DNA of 64,000 nt from Heterodontus francisci. Its lineage: Eukaryota. The stretch lies in contig NC_090418.1 of the NCBI RefSeq assembly GCF_036365525.1, positions 10,850,856 through 10,914,855 of the forward strand. The letters are read 5' to 3'. Positions 23,621 through 35,794 of this stretch are shown piece after piece. The position numbers were made by a program, and so were the translations under genes. Each line of letters opens with the position of its first letter. The first letter of the stretch is position 1. The notes below the pieces were generated by a model. That model saw only the letters and a list, made by a program, of their open reading frames with translations, was not told where the DNA came from and searched no databases.

Positions 23621-26530
23621 ATGGGGGATTTTGTAATGAGGGGTTTGTTCCCAGTGCTGGTGTTAGTTGGAGTTGTCTGTTGCTCTGATACTTGGCAACA
23701 GTTTCGAGACCAGAGGTTTCCATGGAGAAGAGTAAAAGCCACCCCTGTGCCTCAGAGAGTCCCTCCAACTGGGCCTCCCTTTGGTTCCCATTTCCGTGTG
23801 TCTGTGGGTCGAAGTGTGTCTCCACTGCAGACTGTGACGGTGCAGTGTGGAGAGCAGAACCTGCTGGTCAGGGTCCAGATGGATTTATTTGGAACCAGGC
23901 ACCTGATTAAAGCTGTTGACCTGACCCTGGGGACAGCAGGTTGTTGGCCGACCAGGATCTACTCTCAGAACCACACTGTCCTCTTTGACTATGGGCTCCA
24001 TGAGTGTGGCAGTAGTTTGCAGGTAATGTTGACTCCTGTTCTAAGCTTGGTGTTGCTTGTTCCTCATTCTTCATTCCAATACTTGTTGAAATCTGTTCAA
24101 TGCCATTTTCCTACTTTATAAAACCTCAAGCTAGTTTTCAATTCTACACTGGACCTTGCTTCATCTGGTGTTTCCTGCACTCCCCAATGTTGATTGTTAA
24201 CACTGTTGGTCTTTAACTTTAATTGGTATTCCTCCTGACCTATCTTTCTGTAAACTGTAAATGTTCAGCTTTATTACTCATTTGGGTCATTGAGATTGCA
24301 TTTTGAGTTTGAAGTTTCAGTTTTACCTAATGAAGTTGGGTTTAAAATGAAATGGGACTAAAAATTGAGCTGTAGTATATGAAAGGGAAACTCTACATTT
24401 CCTACTTCCCCTGTGATTGGAACATATGGGGTTGTGGATTAAATGAAATCTGTCTGGCCAAATTACTACCAGCTTGTGGCTTTTTGTTATTGGTTAAATT
24501 GTCACATCTCGCTTTCTTGCTGACAATTGCTTTTCTTTCATGAGACTAGACATAAGCCCATGAATGGAGATCTCTGGCCACTGGGGCCTGTTTGGCTGTT
24601 CAGTGACACCATGGCTAAATTTCTACAGTTTACTGTCCTTTCTACCCAATCCCTTGTGTTGATTCCTCTTGTACCCAAAATCTTGCCTGTCTTGAATATA
24701 TCAAGTAGAATATCCCACTTGGTTGGAGAAACACCATTTGTTTACAATGCTGAAGACATTTCTTTGCTCTGACTTAAATGGCTGTCCCTTTGCCTGACTG
24801 TGATCCTAAAATCTAGACTCTCCCGCTGCAGGAAATGGTTTCCCAGCATCTAGCTTTTCATTCCCAGTAGAAATGCAATCTCAAAATTCCTTACTGAACT
24901 CTTAGCATAATGGTCTCCATTTCAGACCAGCTTGTCATTCCTTTTAGCTGATGTCTTTCAGATGGTTGGAGATTTCCTGGTCTACACCACCCACCTGAAC
25001 CACACCCCCCAGTATCATGGATCTGTCATTGTGAGAACAAATGGAGCTGTCATTCCCATTGAGTGTCATTATTTTAGGTGAGAATATTTACCTGATTGTA
25101 GATATGATCTAGAGCTGTATTTTTTTCTCAATTTGTCCCAAAATGACTCCCCTGTCCTTCCAGGAAGGGCAATGTGAGCAGTAACCCCATCAAGCCCACC
25201 TGGATCCCATTCAGCTCCACCAAGTCTGGAGAAGGGCATCTGTCATTCTCACTGCGCCTAATGAATGGTATGTGATGGGTGGATGGGGAGTGATTTCCTG
25301 TACTCACCCACTGGGAGTTGTACCCACTGTCTCTAACCCTTGTCCTCTTGTACTTCAGACGACTGGCTTACAGAGCGCACCTCGACTGTCTACTACCTGG
25401 GTGACCTCATTCACATTGAGGCCTCTGTTTCAATGACCAACCACATGCCCCTGAAGCTCTACATTGACCGCTGTGTAGCTACATTGAGCCCAGACAAGGA
25501 TTCCACCCCGAGATACAGCATCATTGACTACAATGGGTAAGGAGCTCTCTGCTTTCTCCAGCTGCTCCCATCTCAATGGCTTCACTTGATTCACTTCATG
25601 TCCCTTTTTTAAAATCTTTCTCCAGTTGCCTCCTGGACAGCAAAGCTGAGGACTCCTTTTCAACCTTCGTGTTGCCAAGAGACGAGCGTGAGCTGGACAA
25701 GCTCCGGTTTGACCTGGATGCTTTCCGCTTCTTTGGAGATGACCGTTCCTTGGTAAGAGGAAGTTGATCATTGGGGTCTCCATGTTGGGAGGGAGTCACT
25801 AAATTGTGTTGCAATGTCTCTCTCTCTCCCAGATTTTCATCACCTGTCACCTGAAAGTTGCTCCAGTGGATCGGAGAGATTCCATGAACAAAGCTTGTAC
25901 TTTCCAGAAGATGCAGAATGTGTAAGTTCCCTTTCCCTCCTTCAGGGGTGTGTTGTATGGGAATGTGATGGACAACCTGGTTGATCAACTGTTTCTCTTG
26001 TTTAGCTGGACCCCATTGGAGGAATCCAACAATGACATTTGTGCCTGTTGCCATGTGGGTAACTGTGGTGCCACAAGGGAGTTCCGATTTCCTTCCAGAG
26101 GAAGGAGGGATCTTGTACCTGAAGCTGGTAGGACTTTGATCCTCTAGATGTGGGAGGTCTCCCTTTACCCCCTCTAACTGGCATGTTTGATATTGCAGAG
26201 AGTGAAGCTGGATTGAAGTGGGAGGGTGAGGCCTCACTTGGACCCCTGGTCATTCTGGATACTGAGGTAACTGACCTGGCAACGGAGTCCTTGAATGAGG
26301 TTGAGCGAAGGCTGCAGGAGAGGTCTCCAGGTGGTGAGTTGGCTGACTGCTAGTTTCCATTTTCCCCTCAGTGTTTCCTTCACTAACCATTGGTTTTTCA
26401 TTGCTTTGTAGGTGTGGAGTCTGAGGTGGTCCTGATTGTGGCCCTGACTGTGACAGCTGTCTGTCTGATCTCTGCTTCATTGATCGCCTGTTTCCTGTAC
26501 AGGAAACACAAGCAAACTCTGATCAACTAG
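23621..26530 (+). CDS. ZP3: ZP3-like, copy 2 (9 exons, 463 aa, intact)
   Basis: Exons 23621-24022, 24962-25077, 25164-25267, 25359-25536, 25626-25752, 25833-25921, 26006-26127, 26199-26333, 26412-26530 (1392 nt); furin RGRR; TM; AATAAA at 26544-26549. Confidence 0.94.
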
Positions 26531-27637
26531 TTATCAAATCATCAATAAACAGATTACTTGTATCTTGTCTATGTTAATTCATTGGCCACTGGAGCCTGTT
26601 AGTTAAATGGGTCCATAGATCTAATGACTACAATTAACCTAAGCCCAGAACTACACCTCGTGAATCACCTACTGGCAGAGTTTTAAAAAAGTTAACTTGT
26701 GTTTGAAGGGGTTGTTCTTCAATTGCTAACTGCATTTCAATGCCAGACTCCTTTATTCCTCCTCCTGTCGAGGAGGGATGTGAACAGGTCTGAATCTTCT
26801 TGTGGAACTGCTATTAGATTTGGCCAGTTGGGGTTTACTCTAGTTGCTGCTTTCTGTTCAATGTCTATGCTCACCCCCCTGGAGAGCGCACATTCTTCTT
26901 TTGGGTCTTTAAGGTTTGCTGCAACCAATGGGCAGTAGAGGATCTGTCATTATACATATTTGATTTATGTAGGCATACTTTTTAATGTGACTTCATTACC
27001 AATTTTCATTTGGCCAGTTAACTAAGTGAAGGTTATTGTGGGAGCAACAAATTTCAGTTTTAATAGCTGTGGGAGCCATCTTGGCTGAAGTATATGGGAC
27101 TAAACTCTGAACTTTGAGCTCACAAATGCCATTTCTAACGATATGGCCTTCCAGTGGACAGTCTATCTTCAAATAGAGGGTGGGTGGGAGTCACAAGCAT
27201 ATCACCTGACTGGCAGAATCTAATCTGGTGCCTGAGCTTCTGTCTTGTTTGCTAGTTTGCAGGTAGAAGCAGGAAGCTACAAAGGCCCATTGAGGTAATG
27301 AACAAAACTATGGCAGATGATCCATGCAGGAAGTGACAGACTTTAGACACAGGCAGGAGCCGAGACAAAAACAAGTAGTTCGTTCTAGTAAAGGAGCAAA
27401 GACTTTAGTGATCCGAGATAATGGAATGTTGGTCCCTCTGGGAGGGATGGTAAAGGCCTTCAGTTTTGAAGAATATTGGTCAACTGGATTTGAATTTTTG
27501 AGCATGGAACATTAAGTGTAAATTTGATTTGAGGTTCAATCTGATTTAACCACACTGGGGCTTAAATTAAAGTCACATGTCCTCAATGGAGGTTTGAGGG
27601 GTAATCTGCTCAAGGTGTTTCATGTCAGAAGGATTTG

Positions 27638-28745
27638 AACAAAGAAAATTACAGCACAGGAACAGGCCCTTTGGCCCTCCAAGCCTGCACCGATCCATAT
27701 CCTCTATCTAAACATGTCGCCTATTTTCTAAGGGTCTGTATCTCTTTACTTCCTGCCCATTCATGTATCTGTCTAGATACATCTTAAAAGACGCTATCGT
27801 GCCCGCATCTACCACCTCCACTGGCAATGTATTCCAGGCACCTACCACCCTCTGCGTAAAGAACTTTCCACGCATATCCCCCCTAAACCTTTCCCCTCTC
27901 ACTTTGAAATCGTGACCCCTAGTAACTGAATTCCCCCCACTCCGGGGGGAAAAAGCTTCTTGCTATCCACCCTGTCTATACCTCTCATGATTTTGTACAC
28001 CTCAATCAGGTTCCCCCCTCAACCTCCGTCTTTCTAATGAAAATAATCCTAATCTCGACCTCTCTGCATAGCTAGCGCCCTCCATACCAGGCAACATCCT
28101 GGTGAGCCTCCTCTGCACCCTCTCCAAAGCATCTACATCCTTTTGGTAATGTGGCGACCAGAACTGCATGCAGTATTCCAAATGTGGCCGAACCAAAGTC
28201 TTATACAACTGTAACATGACCTGCCAACCCTTGTACTCAATACCCTGTCCGATGAAGGAAAGCATGCCGTATGCCTTCTTGACCACTCTATTGACCTGCG
28301 TTGCCACCTTCAGGGAACAATGGACCTGAACACCCAAATCTCTCTGTACATCAATTTTCCCCAGGACATTTCCATTTACTGTGTAATTCACTCTTGAATT
28401 GGATCTTCCAAAATGCATCACCTCGCATTTGCCTGGATTGAACTCCATCTGCCATTTCTCTGCCCAACTCTCCAATCTATCTATATTCTGCTGTATTCTC
28501 TGACCGTCCCCTTCACTATCTGCTACTCCACCAACCTTAGTGTCGTCTGCAAACTTGCTAATCAGACCACCTATACTTTCCTCCAAATCATTTATGTATA
28601 TCACAAACAACAGTGGTCCCAGCACGGATCCCTGTGGAACACCACTGGTCACACGTCTCCGTTTTGAGAAACTCCCTTCCACTGCTGCTCTCTGTCTCCT
28701 GTTGCCCAGCCAGTTCTTTATCCATCTAGCTAGTACACCCTGGAT
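27638..28745 (-). mobile_element. CR1 LINE 3' end (5'-truncated)
   Basis: ORF 28002-28682 with VPQGSVLGP and KFADDTKV; CR1 3' UTR and tail at ~27640. Confidence 0.9.
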
Positions 28746-29329
28746 AAGGGTAGGTATAGGGAATTGAGAACAAGGGGGCCTGAACTTAATTTGAGTGATT
28801 CCAGTGAGGGGAGTCTGGAACAGTTAGTCCCAAGGTAGGACAAATCTCAGTCTCTTAACGTATGAGTTAAGAGCAGGAGTAGGTTCCCCTCCAGCCATTC
28901 AATACAATCATAACTGATTTGAGTGTAATCTCAATTTCACATGCCTGTCTTTTCCCCCTCGAAAACCGTATGGGTTTTCTGGGATATGAAATTGGGACGC
29001 TTAACCTGTTCTTCCTGCTTTGCAACCTTCCCCAGGGTGTTAACTACATGGTGTTAATACTTTTATCACATTGAGTACCATTACCATATCTAACAGATGG
29101 CATTAAGGTGCAGATCGTTGCTTGTTGAACTGAATAGGCCGATCGGAGGAGCCGACTCTGGTTCCCAAGTTACTCCATGTGGCCATTGAGTCCCAAAAGG
29201 TTTTAGTTGAACTTTCCAGTTGGGGGACAATTGATCAAAAACTAATGGGGTTAAAATTGGGTGGACTTGACAGAAGTTCTCTGACTCTGGTCTGAAGACA
29301 CTTTGTACAAGGAAGAAATCAATGTTTTC

Positions 29330-29720
29330 TAGTAGATTTCATTGTAAGTGAAGTTCAGCCTCAGTTGCCAGGGAGCGAGATGGAGTCGTTGTCTAGGTAA
29401 TGGAGTTTGGGGCCGGGACTGACAATGGCATTGGTTCCTCTGATATTTAGTTGGGGGAACTATCTACTCATGCAGCCCTGTGTGTCAGATAAGCAGTCGG
29501 ATAATTTAGAGATAGCGGAGGGGCTGAGTGGTAATGAGGTAGAGCTGGGTGTATTCAGCATATGTGTGGAAACGGACTGTTTTCAGATGTCACCAGGGGA
29601 GCATACAGATAAGAAATAAAAGGGGCCAAGGATAGATTCTGAGGACACACTAGAGGTAATGGTTCTGGACTGGGGAGAGAAGCTACTGCAGGTGATTCTT
29701 GGGCTTGGACTTGATAGATA
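29330..29720 (-). mobile_element. Degenerate L2-like LINE fragment
   Basis: Paralogous to ~57760-58120, which runs into a recognisable L2 RT fragment. Confidence 0.45.
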
Positions 29721-30235
29721 ATAGAATCAGGGAAGATACAGATACAAGTTCAGGGTAAGGGACAAGTGCAGGGATAGATGGTATATCAGTATTACTAGTG
29801 TCAGCGAGACTCTCCATTCCCTGAGGAGTTCACTGGTGGCAGGAGGCCTCGAGTGTACGAGTGGGCACCGCATTGTCCCTCTCAATGGGACACCAAAGCA
29901 CAGCCAGGACCGCAAAGGAGAGGCAACGAGCCCGAGCGACACCACATTCCCAACCCTAGCTGTCCCTGCCCATCCTGAGAATGTGGATCGCTGCTTTTGC
30001 ATGGCCCAGAGCAGAGTCACGAGACGTTCTGCTGGTTTGTCTGATCCCGCTCTGTACCGAAAGGCCGAAAATCAGGAGCCTGGGCCTGGAGCTGAGCCAA
30101 AGTTGAGGAACAGTTCCCTTAAAGAGTAATATACGGGATGCAACTTGATCATTCCAATTGGATATGCCCCAGATTTCCCACAGATCACCGAAGCTTCACA
30201 CAGTGTAGTATTTACAGTCCATATCTAACCTATGT

Positions 30236-31003
30236 CGCGCCACCCAAGTACCAGGCAATGAGCATCTCCAACAAGAGAGAATCTAACCATCTCCCCTTGA
30301 CATTCAATGGCATTACCATCGCTGAATCCCCCACTATCAACATCCTAGGAACTACCATTGACCAGAAACTGAACTAGAGGAGCCATATAAATACCATAGC
30401 TACAAGAGCAGGTCAGAGGCATGGAATCCTGAGGCGAGTAACTCACCTCCTGACTCCCCAAAGCCTGTCTACCATCTGCAAGGCACAAGTCAGGAGTGTG
30501 ATGGAATACTCTCCACTTGCCTGGATGGGTGCAGCTCCAACAACACTCAAGACACCATCCAGGCCAAAGCAGCCCGCTTGACTTTCACCCCATCTACAAG
30601 CATTCACTCTCTCCACCACCGACGCACACTGGCAGCAGTGTGTACCATCTACAAGATGCACTGCAGCAATGCACCAAGGCTCCTTCGACAGCACCTTCCA
30701 AACCCGCGACCTCTACCAACTAGAAGGACAAGGGCAGAAAATGCATGGGAACTCCACCACCTGCAAGTTCCCCTCCAAGTCACACACCATCCTAACTTGG
30801 AACTATATCACCGTTCCCTCACTGTCGCTGGGTCAAAATCCTGGAACTCCCTTCCTAACAACATTGTGGGTATACCTCCCCCACATGGACTGCAGCGGTT
30901 CAAGAAGGCAGCTCACCACCGCCTTCTCAAGGGCAATTACGGATGGGCAATAAATGCTGGCCTGGCCAGTGAAGCCCACGTCCCATGAATGAATAAAAAA
31001 AAA
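30236..31003 (+). mobile_element. CR1/L2-group LINE 3' end with poly-A
   Basis: PLTFNGITIAESPTINILG.TIDQKLN, SLHHRRTLAAVCTIYKMHCS; ends atgaatgaataaaaaaaaa; absent from the paralogous site near 970. Confidence 0.82.
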
Positions 31004-31024
31004 CCTGTATTTGTCTTTGTTTTT

Positions 31025-31882
31025 GAGGGAGCTTTACTCTGTATCTAACCCCCGTTTTTTCTTTTTCTTTTAGGTGGCCTTTGTTGAATCTAACCTCCAT
31101 GCTGTAACTGTCCTGGAAGTGTTTGATGGGGACAGTGTAGAGGGAGCTTTACTCTGTATCTAACCCCCGTACTGTACCTGTCCTGGGAGTGTTTGATGGG
31201 GACAGCGTAGAGGCAGCTTTACTCTGTATCTAACCCCCTTTATTTTTGTTTGTTTTTTAACTCTGTATCTAACCCCCATTTTTTATTCTTTTAGGTGGCC
31301 TTTATTGTACCTAACCCCTGTGCTGTACCTGTCCTGGGAGTGTTTGATGGGGACAGTGTAGAGGGAGCTTTACTCTGTATCTAACCCCCGTTTTTTTTTT
31401 GCTGGACCTGTCCTGGGAGTGTTTGATGGGATAGTGTAGAGAGAGTTTTACTCTGTATCTAACACCATTTTTTTCTTTTCTTTTTCTTTTTTTTTGTCGT
31501 GGGAGATGGGGAGAGTGAGGGTGGCAGAGATAGATTGACATTTGCTCTGTATCTAATCCCCGTGTCATCCCTGTCCTGGGAGTGTTTGATGGGGACAGTG
31601 TAGAGGGAGCTTTACTCTGTATCTAACCCCCGTTTTTGTTTTTTTTTTGTTTTTTTTTGTTTTTTTTGTTTTTTTTTTTGTTTTTTTTTTTAGGGAGCTT
31701 TACTCTGTATCTCACCCCGTGCTGTACCTGTCCTGGGAGTGTTTGATGGGGACAGTGTAGAGGGAGCTTTACTCTGTATCTAACCCCCGTACTGTACCTG
31801 TCCTGGGAGTGTTTGATGGGGGACAGTGCAGAGGGAGCTTTACTCTGTATCTAACCCTGTGCTGTCCCTGTCCTGGGAGTGG
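31025..31882. repeat. ~68-bp minisatellite array with poly-T interruptions
   Basis: Same unit as 990-1362, expanded. Confidence 0.9.
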
Positions 31883-33807
31883 TTCATTCTGACACTCCAG
31901 TTTCAAGGAACATATCCCATTCTCCAGCACTGTGGTCCCTCACCTCAATGTGAATAAAATTTATACTAATAAGCTTAAGTAAACTCTCACTCTGAGTGGA
32001 CATGTTTTAATGACTCCTCCAACACATTTATCACTAATATGTATTTGCTCTTTGTTTCCCAGGACAGAATCAAACATCTCCAAGCGAGGTCCAGCACAGC
32101 TTGAGTGGAATCAGAGAGCTCCTTTTTGGGTCCATTTCCCTATTCTCTGCTGACACTGTTACACCAGTTCAGCCCTGCCACCCTGGAAAACCATTACACA
32201 GAACAGCAACGGTTTATTCATCAATGCACCTGCACTCACATCAAGTCGGAAACTTTTATTTCTCTCCCCCCTTCCCCCTCCCCTCAGGATATACTTTGAA
32301 GAAACATTCTGGGTTGTGCCCAACACTTGTCTTGTGAAGGTTTATGTTCTTCAGATCTGAATAGAGTCAATTTGTGATGATGATCTTCAGTGTGAATACA
32401 ATTAGTTGGTTTTGTCTGACCATCTCGATCACTCTTTTGGTTACAGAGGCTGTGCCAATAATATCAGGAGTGACATTAGGAGGGTGATAAGTTTTATTTA
32501 ATTTAAACATTTATATCGAATTTCATTCCACTGCACTGTTGTAACGTACACTAGGACCTCTCGTGAATATTGGGGCCTAGGAATTGTCTGTAACTTGGAG
32601 TTGATGACATTATAATGGACGGTTGCTTTTGGGCAATGCAGTAACTAGGGAGACAGCCCATAATGGAGCAATTAATACCCAGAGCAGTGGGAGAAGCAAC
32701 AAGAGTCTATTAAATGACAACCCTCAGACTGGGATCACTCAGAGAAACAGTTCAAACTTACTTCAACATAACAAATTAGCCTCGCAGCTCAGACCATCGT
32801 ACAGCTGGAGTCAGGGACAGATGTGATAGGGAGAGTTTGTTCAGTGCTTGGAAAATGCTCTGTCGTCGAACATCACGGGAGGTTTTATCATGGTAACCTA
32901 TACTCTAGTTACTGTGGAAGCTGGGTTTATTTAGTGGAGCCAGAAAATGACCAGGTTTTGTTTTAGTTATATTTTCATTTGACCATTTCTGGCAGTTATT
33001 GCTGCAGCTTGAAAATTAGATTTCCAGATGGCAAACGGCATCTTATCAGGAGACAAAATAAACAGCATTCAGGATGGGCACAGATCACCTGGAGGGGGTT
33101 AGGAGGAGGGGTGTGAATCAACCCACCTGCAGGACCCATATCCAGCCAGTGAGCTTCCAACATCACTACTGTCACCAAATATTCATGTTCTTGAGTGATA
33201 AGTGCACTGGTGAGGGAGGAACTAAGTTTTAAACCTGGAACATAGTCATTTCAACCCCTATCTTCATACTTAGGGTCTCTAAGGGCTATTTTTAGTCAGT
33301 ACAAGATTTCCTTTGGAAGTAATGCTTCCGTTGTTTTTTTGCTACTGTTACAAGGATGTTTTTTTGTATTAAAACTTAGGATTCTATGTTTTTAAAAACT
33401 GTAAAGGATTTCACTGGACATAGAGACATCTGGAAATATTAAACAAGTCCAACAGAAGCAGAACTTGTAACAAGGACTGGAATGCAGTTAGTTTTAAAGG
33501 AAACCATCAGGGGATTTGTCCTCCGCTATCCTTTCAGAAGACAGAATTTCAGACTAGGTCTGTGACTTGCTTCTGGAAAGTTTTTTTTTTGAACGCCAGT
33601 GATTTTGGTCAAAAGCAAGCTTTTTGGAATTTGATTTTAACCCGCCTGGAGATCAGAAGATGACCCAGAAAAGTATTATCTATATTAAACAATCCTTGCT
33701 ATTGTAAAAGAAAAGCTTATATGAAGTGGCACTGTTGCCTCCTGCATTTTTCAAAGGAACCCTGAATGGCCAGAAATATTGCTTTTTTTTTTCAAATAAA
33801 CACATCA

Positions 33808-34101
33808 GTGGGTGCCACAGTGGTTAGCACCACAGCCTCACAGTTCTGGGGACCCAGGTTCAATTCTGGGTACTGCCTGTGAGGAGTTTGCAAGTTCTCC
33901 CTGTGACTGCATGGGTTCCCTCCCACAGCCAAAGACTTGTGGGTGATAGGTAAATTGGCTGTTGTAAATTGCCCCTAGTGTCGGTAGGTGGTAGGGAATA
34001 TGGGATTACTCTAGGGTTAGTATAAATGGGTGGTTGTTGGTTGGCACAGACTTGGTGGGCCGAAAGGGCCTGTTTCAATGCTGTATCTCTAAATAAATAA
34101 A
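33808..34101 (+). mobile_element. tRNA-derived SINE (HE1/V-SINE-like, CR1-type tail)
   Basis: A-box-like cagtggttagc, B-box-like ggttcaattc, central taaattgcccctagtgt, tail gggccgaaagggcctgtttc..(taaa)n; absent from the duplicate near 7295. Confidence 0.78.
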
Positions 34102-35794
34102 TATGTTACTGCAGTCCTGATACTAGGCCTCTGAAGCCTTCTCCCATTGAAGGCATTTGAACACCTACCCATCAGGCAGTTTTTCAACCTCACCTGCAAA
34201 GACTTGAGTGGCATCTAACTATTTGAGTTTGGGAGTCCTTACCAAACCAAAGAACCTCCTTCCAGATCATGACAGTTGAACTTCTTAAATTCCTTTCATA
34301 TGAAACAAAAATCCTGGTTCACTGCTCTTTGAATGTATGTGCATGAGGATGAGGGAAATAGAGCTTTCACTTCTCAGATTTACTTGATTAGTAAAGACTT
34401 GGTTTCAGAATAAAATGCTTATTTGTTAAAGAAACCTGGTCGGTGTGCCATTTTCTGGGGCCGAAGAGTATCTAATTGTCTTGCACTAAGTGGGAAATTT
34501 GTTATGTTATGACCGGTGGAACTGGATTTATAGTTCACTCTTCCCCCGTGGGTCATAGTACAACTGACCCAGGTGGCATTGCCTTCCATTGAGGCCTAAA
34601 CACCCACTAGTGCCTGGAGACTCCATTAAAGGAGGTCACCTTGTGCTCAGTCCAAAACCAGGCAAGAACAGAGGATTCAAGGAGAGAGCAGGAAATGGTA
34701 TCTTCAGGGGAAGGGGAAACAAAACAAGTCACCAATTATCAGCTCCATCTCTTCCTCTCTCCAGCAGAGAACTGCAACCAGTTTGCAGTAAAGTTTAGGC
34801 CCTACTCTCCACCCAAGGGAAGATGCAGCCAAACACTGAATTGTATTAGGGCTCTGCATAGTACCAGCTACCACTAGTCATCAGTAACATTGCAGGGTTA
34901 ATAAGGCAATATAGAATCTACAGCAGTATGAAAAAGCAAAGGGTCTCAGTAAGAAATGCTTCAAGTATGCTGTCTGACTCCACACTGCCAACTGAGATAC
35001 TAAACCCAATGGATCAGTTATAATCCTACTACAAGTAGTCCTGGAAGATGAACTGAAGATCACTGCCAGCTATAACTAGGGTCATTTGTGGTTCAGATTG
35101 CTGTCAAATCCAGCCTGTAATGGGAACAGGTTTATTTCCAGACTGAGTACAGCTGTAAGCATGATTTAGACATGTCATTCCACTAGAATGAGTTACATTT
35201 ACTGCCCTATTCTCATTAGGATAGCAGCAGGGCATTTGTACACATGAGGGAAAGCAGAGTGCAGTGGACTGGCTTCCTGGTTACGACGTTGCATTAAAGC
35301 AACCTATTACATCAACTCCAACTTGTACAATTCCAAAGCCCCAACATTCATGGCAGATCCGAGTGAAAATTACTTGTCTACTTAAGGTCAACCTCAGTCT
35401 TCAGAGGTTAGACAGAGCTCCTCAAACTAGGAATCTTTTAACCCCAATTTTTCACTTTTGGTCAACTAGTCTATGGAATGTGAAAACCTGTCATCACTAG
35501 CCATATAAAGCCAATGGAATAGCTTGGAGGAACCAGTTTGCCCTAATTCAGTGAATCAGCATTCACCTAAAAAAGGTCAGTGAGTTGTACTGTGAATGTT
35601 GCACAGTTGCCATAGATACATTCATCCCAGTCCTGATGTAAGGCATTGACAGTAATTTTGATACTAGTTACAGGGACCAACAGGGAACAGAGGGGGGCTG
35701 CTGAGAGATACTTATTTAAAAACCCAGTCTGCAGCCACAAAAGATAAAGTGACAAATGAGCTCTTGCACACAAGATACTGCTTTATTGATCATT

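Larger units (their letters stand above)
29776..32478 (-). mobile_element. Tx1/L1 relic copy (lacks RTE insertion), with nested LINE tail and minisatellite
   Basis: Direct paralogue of 527-1950. Confidence 0.5.
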
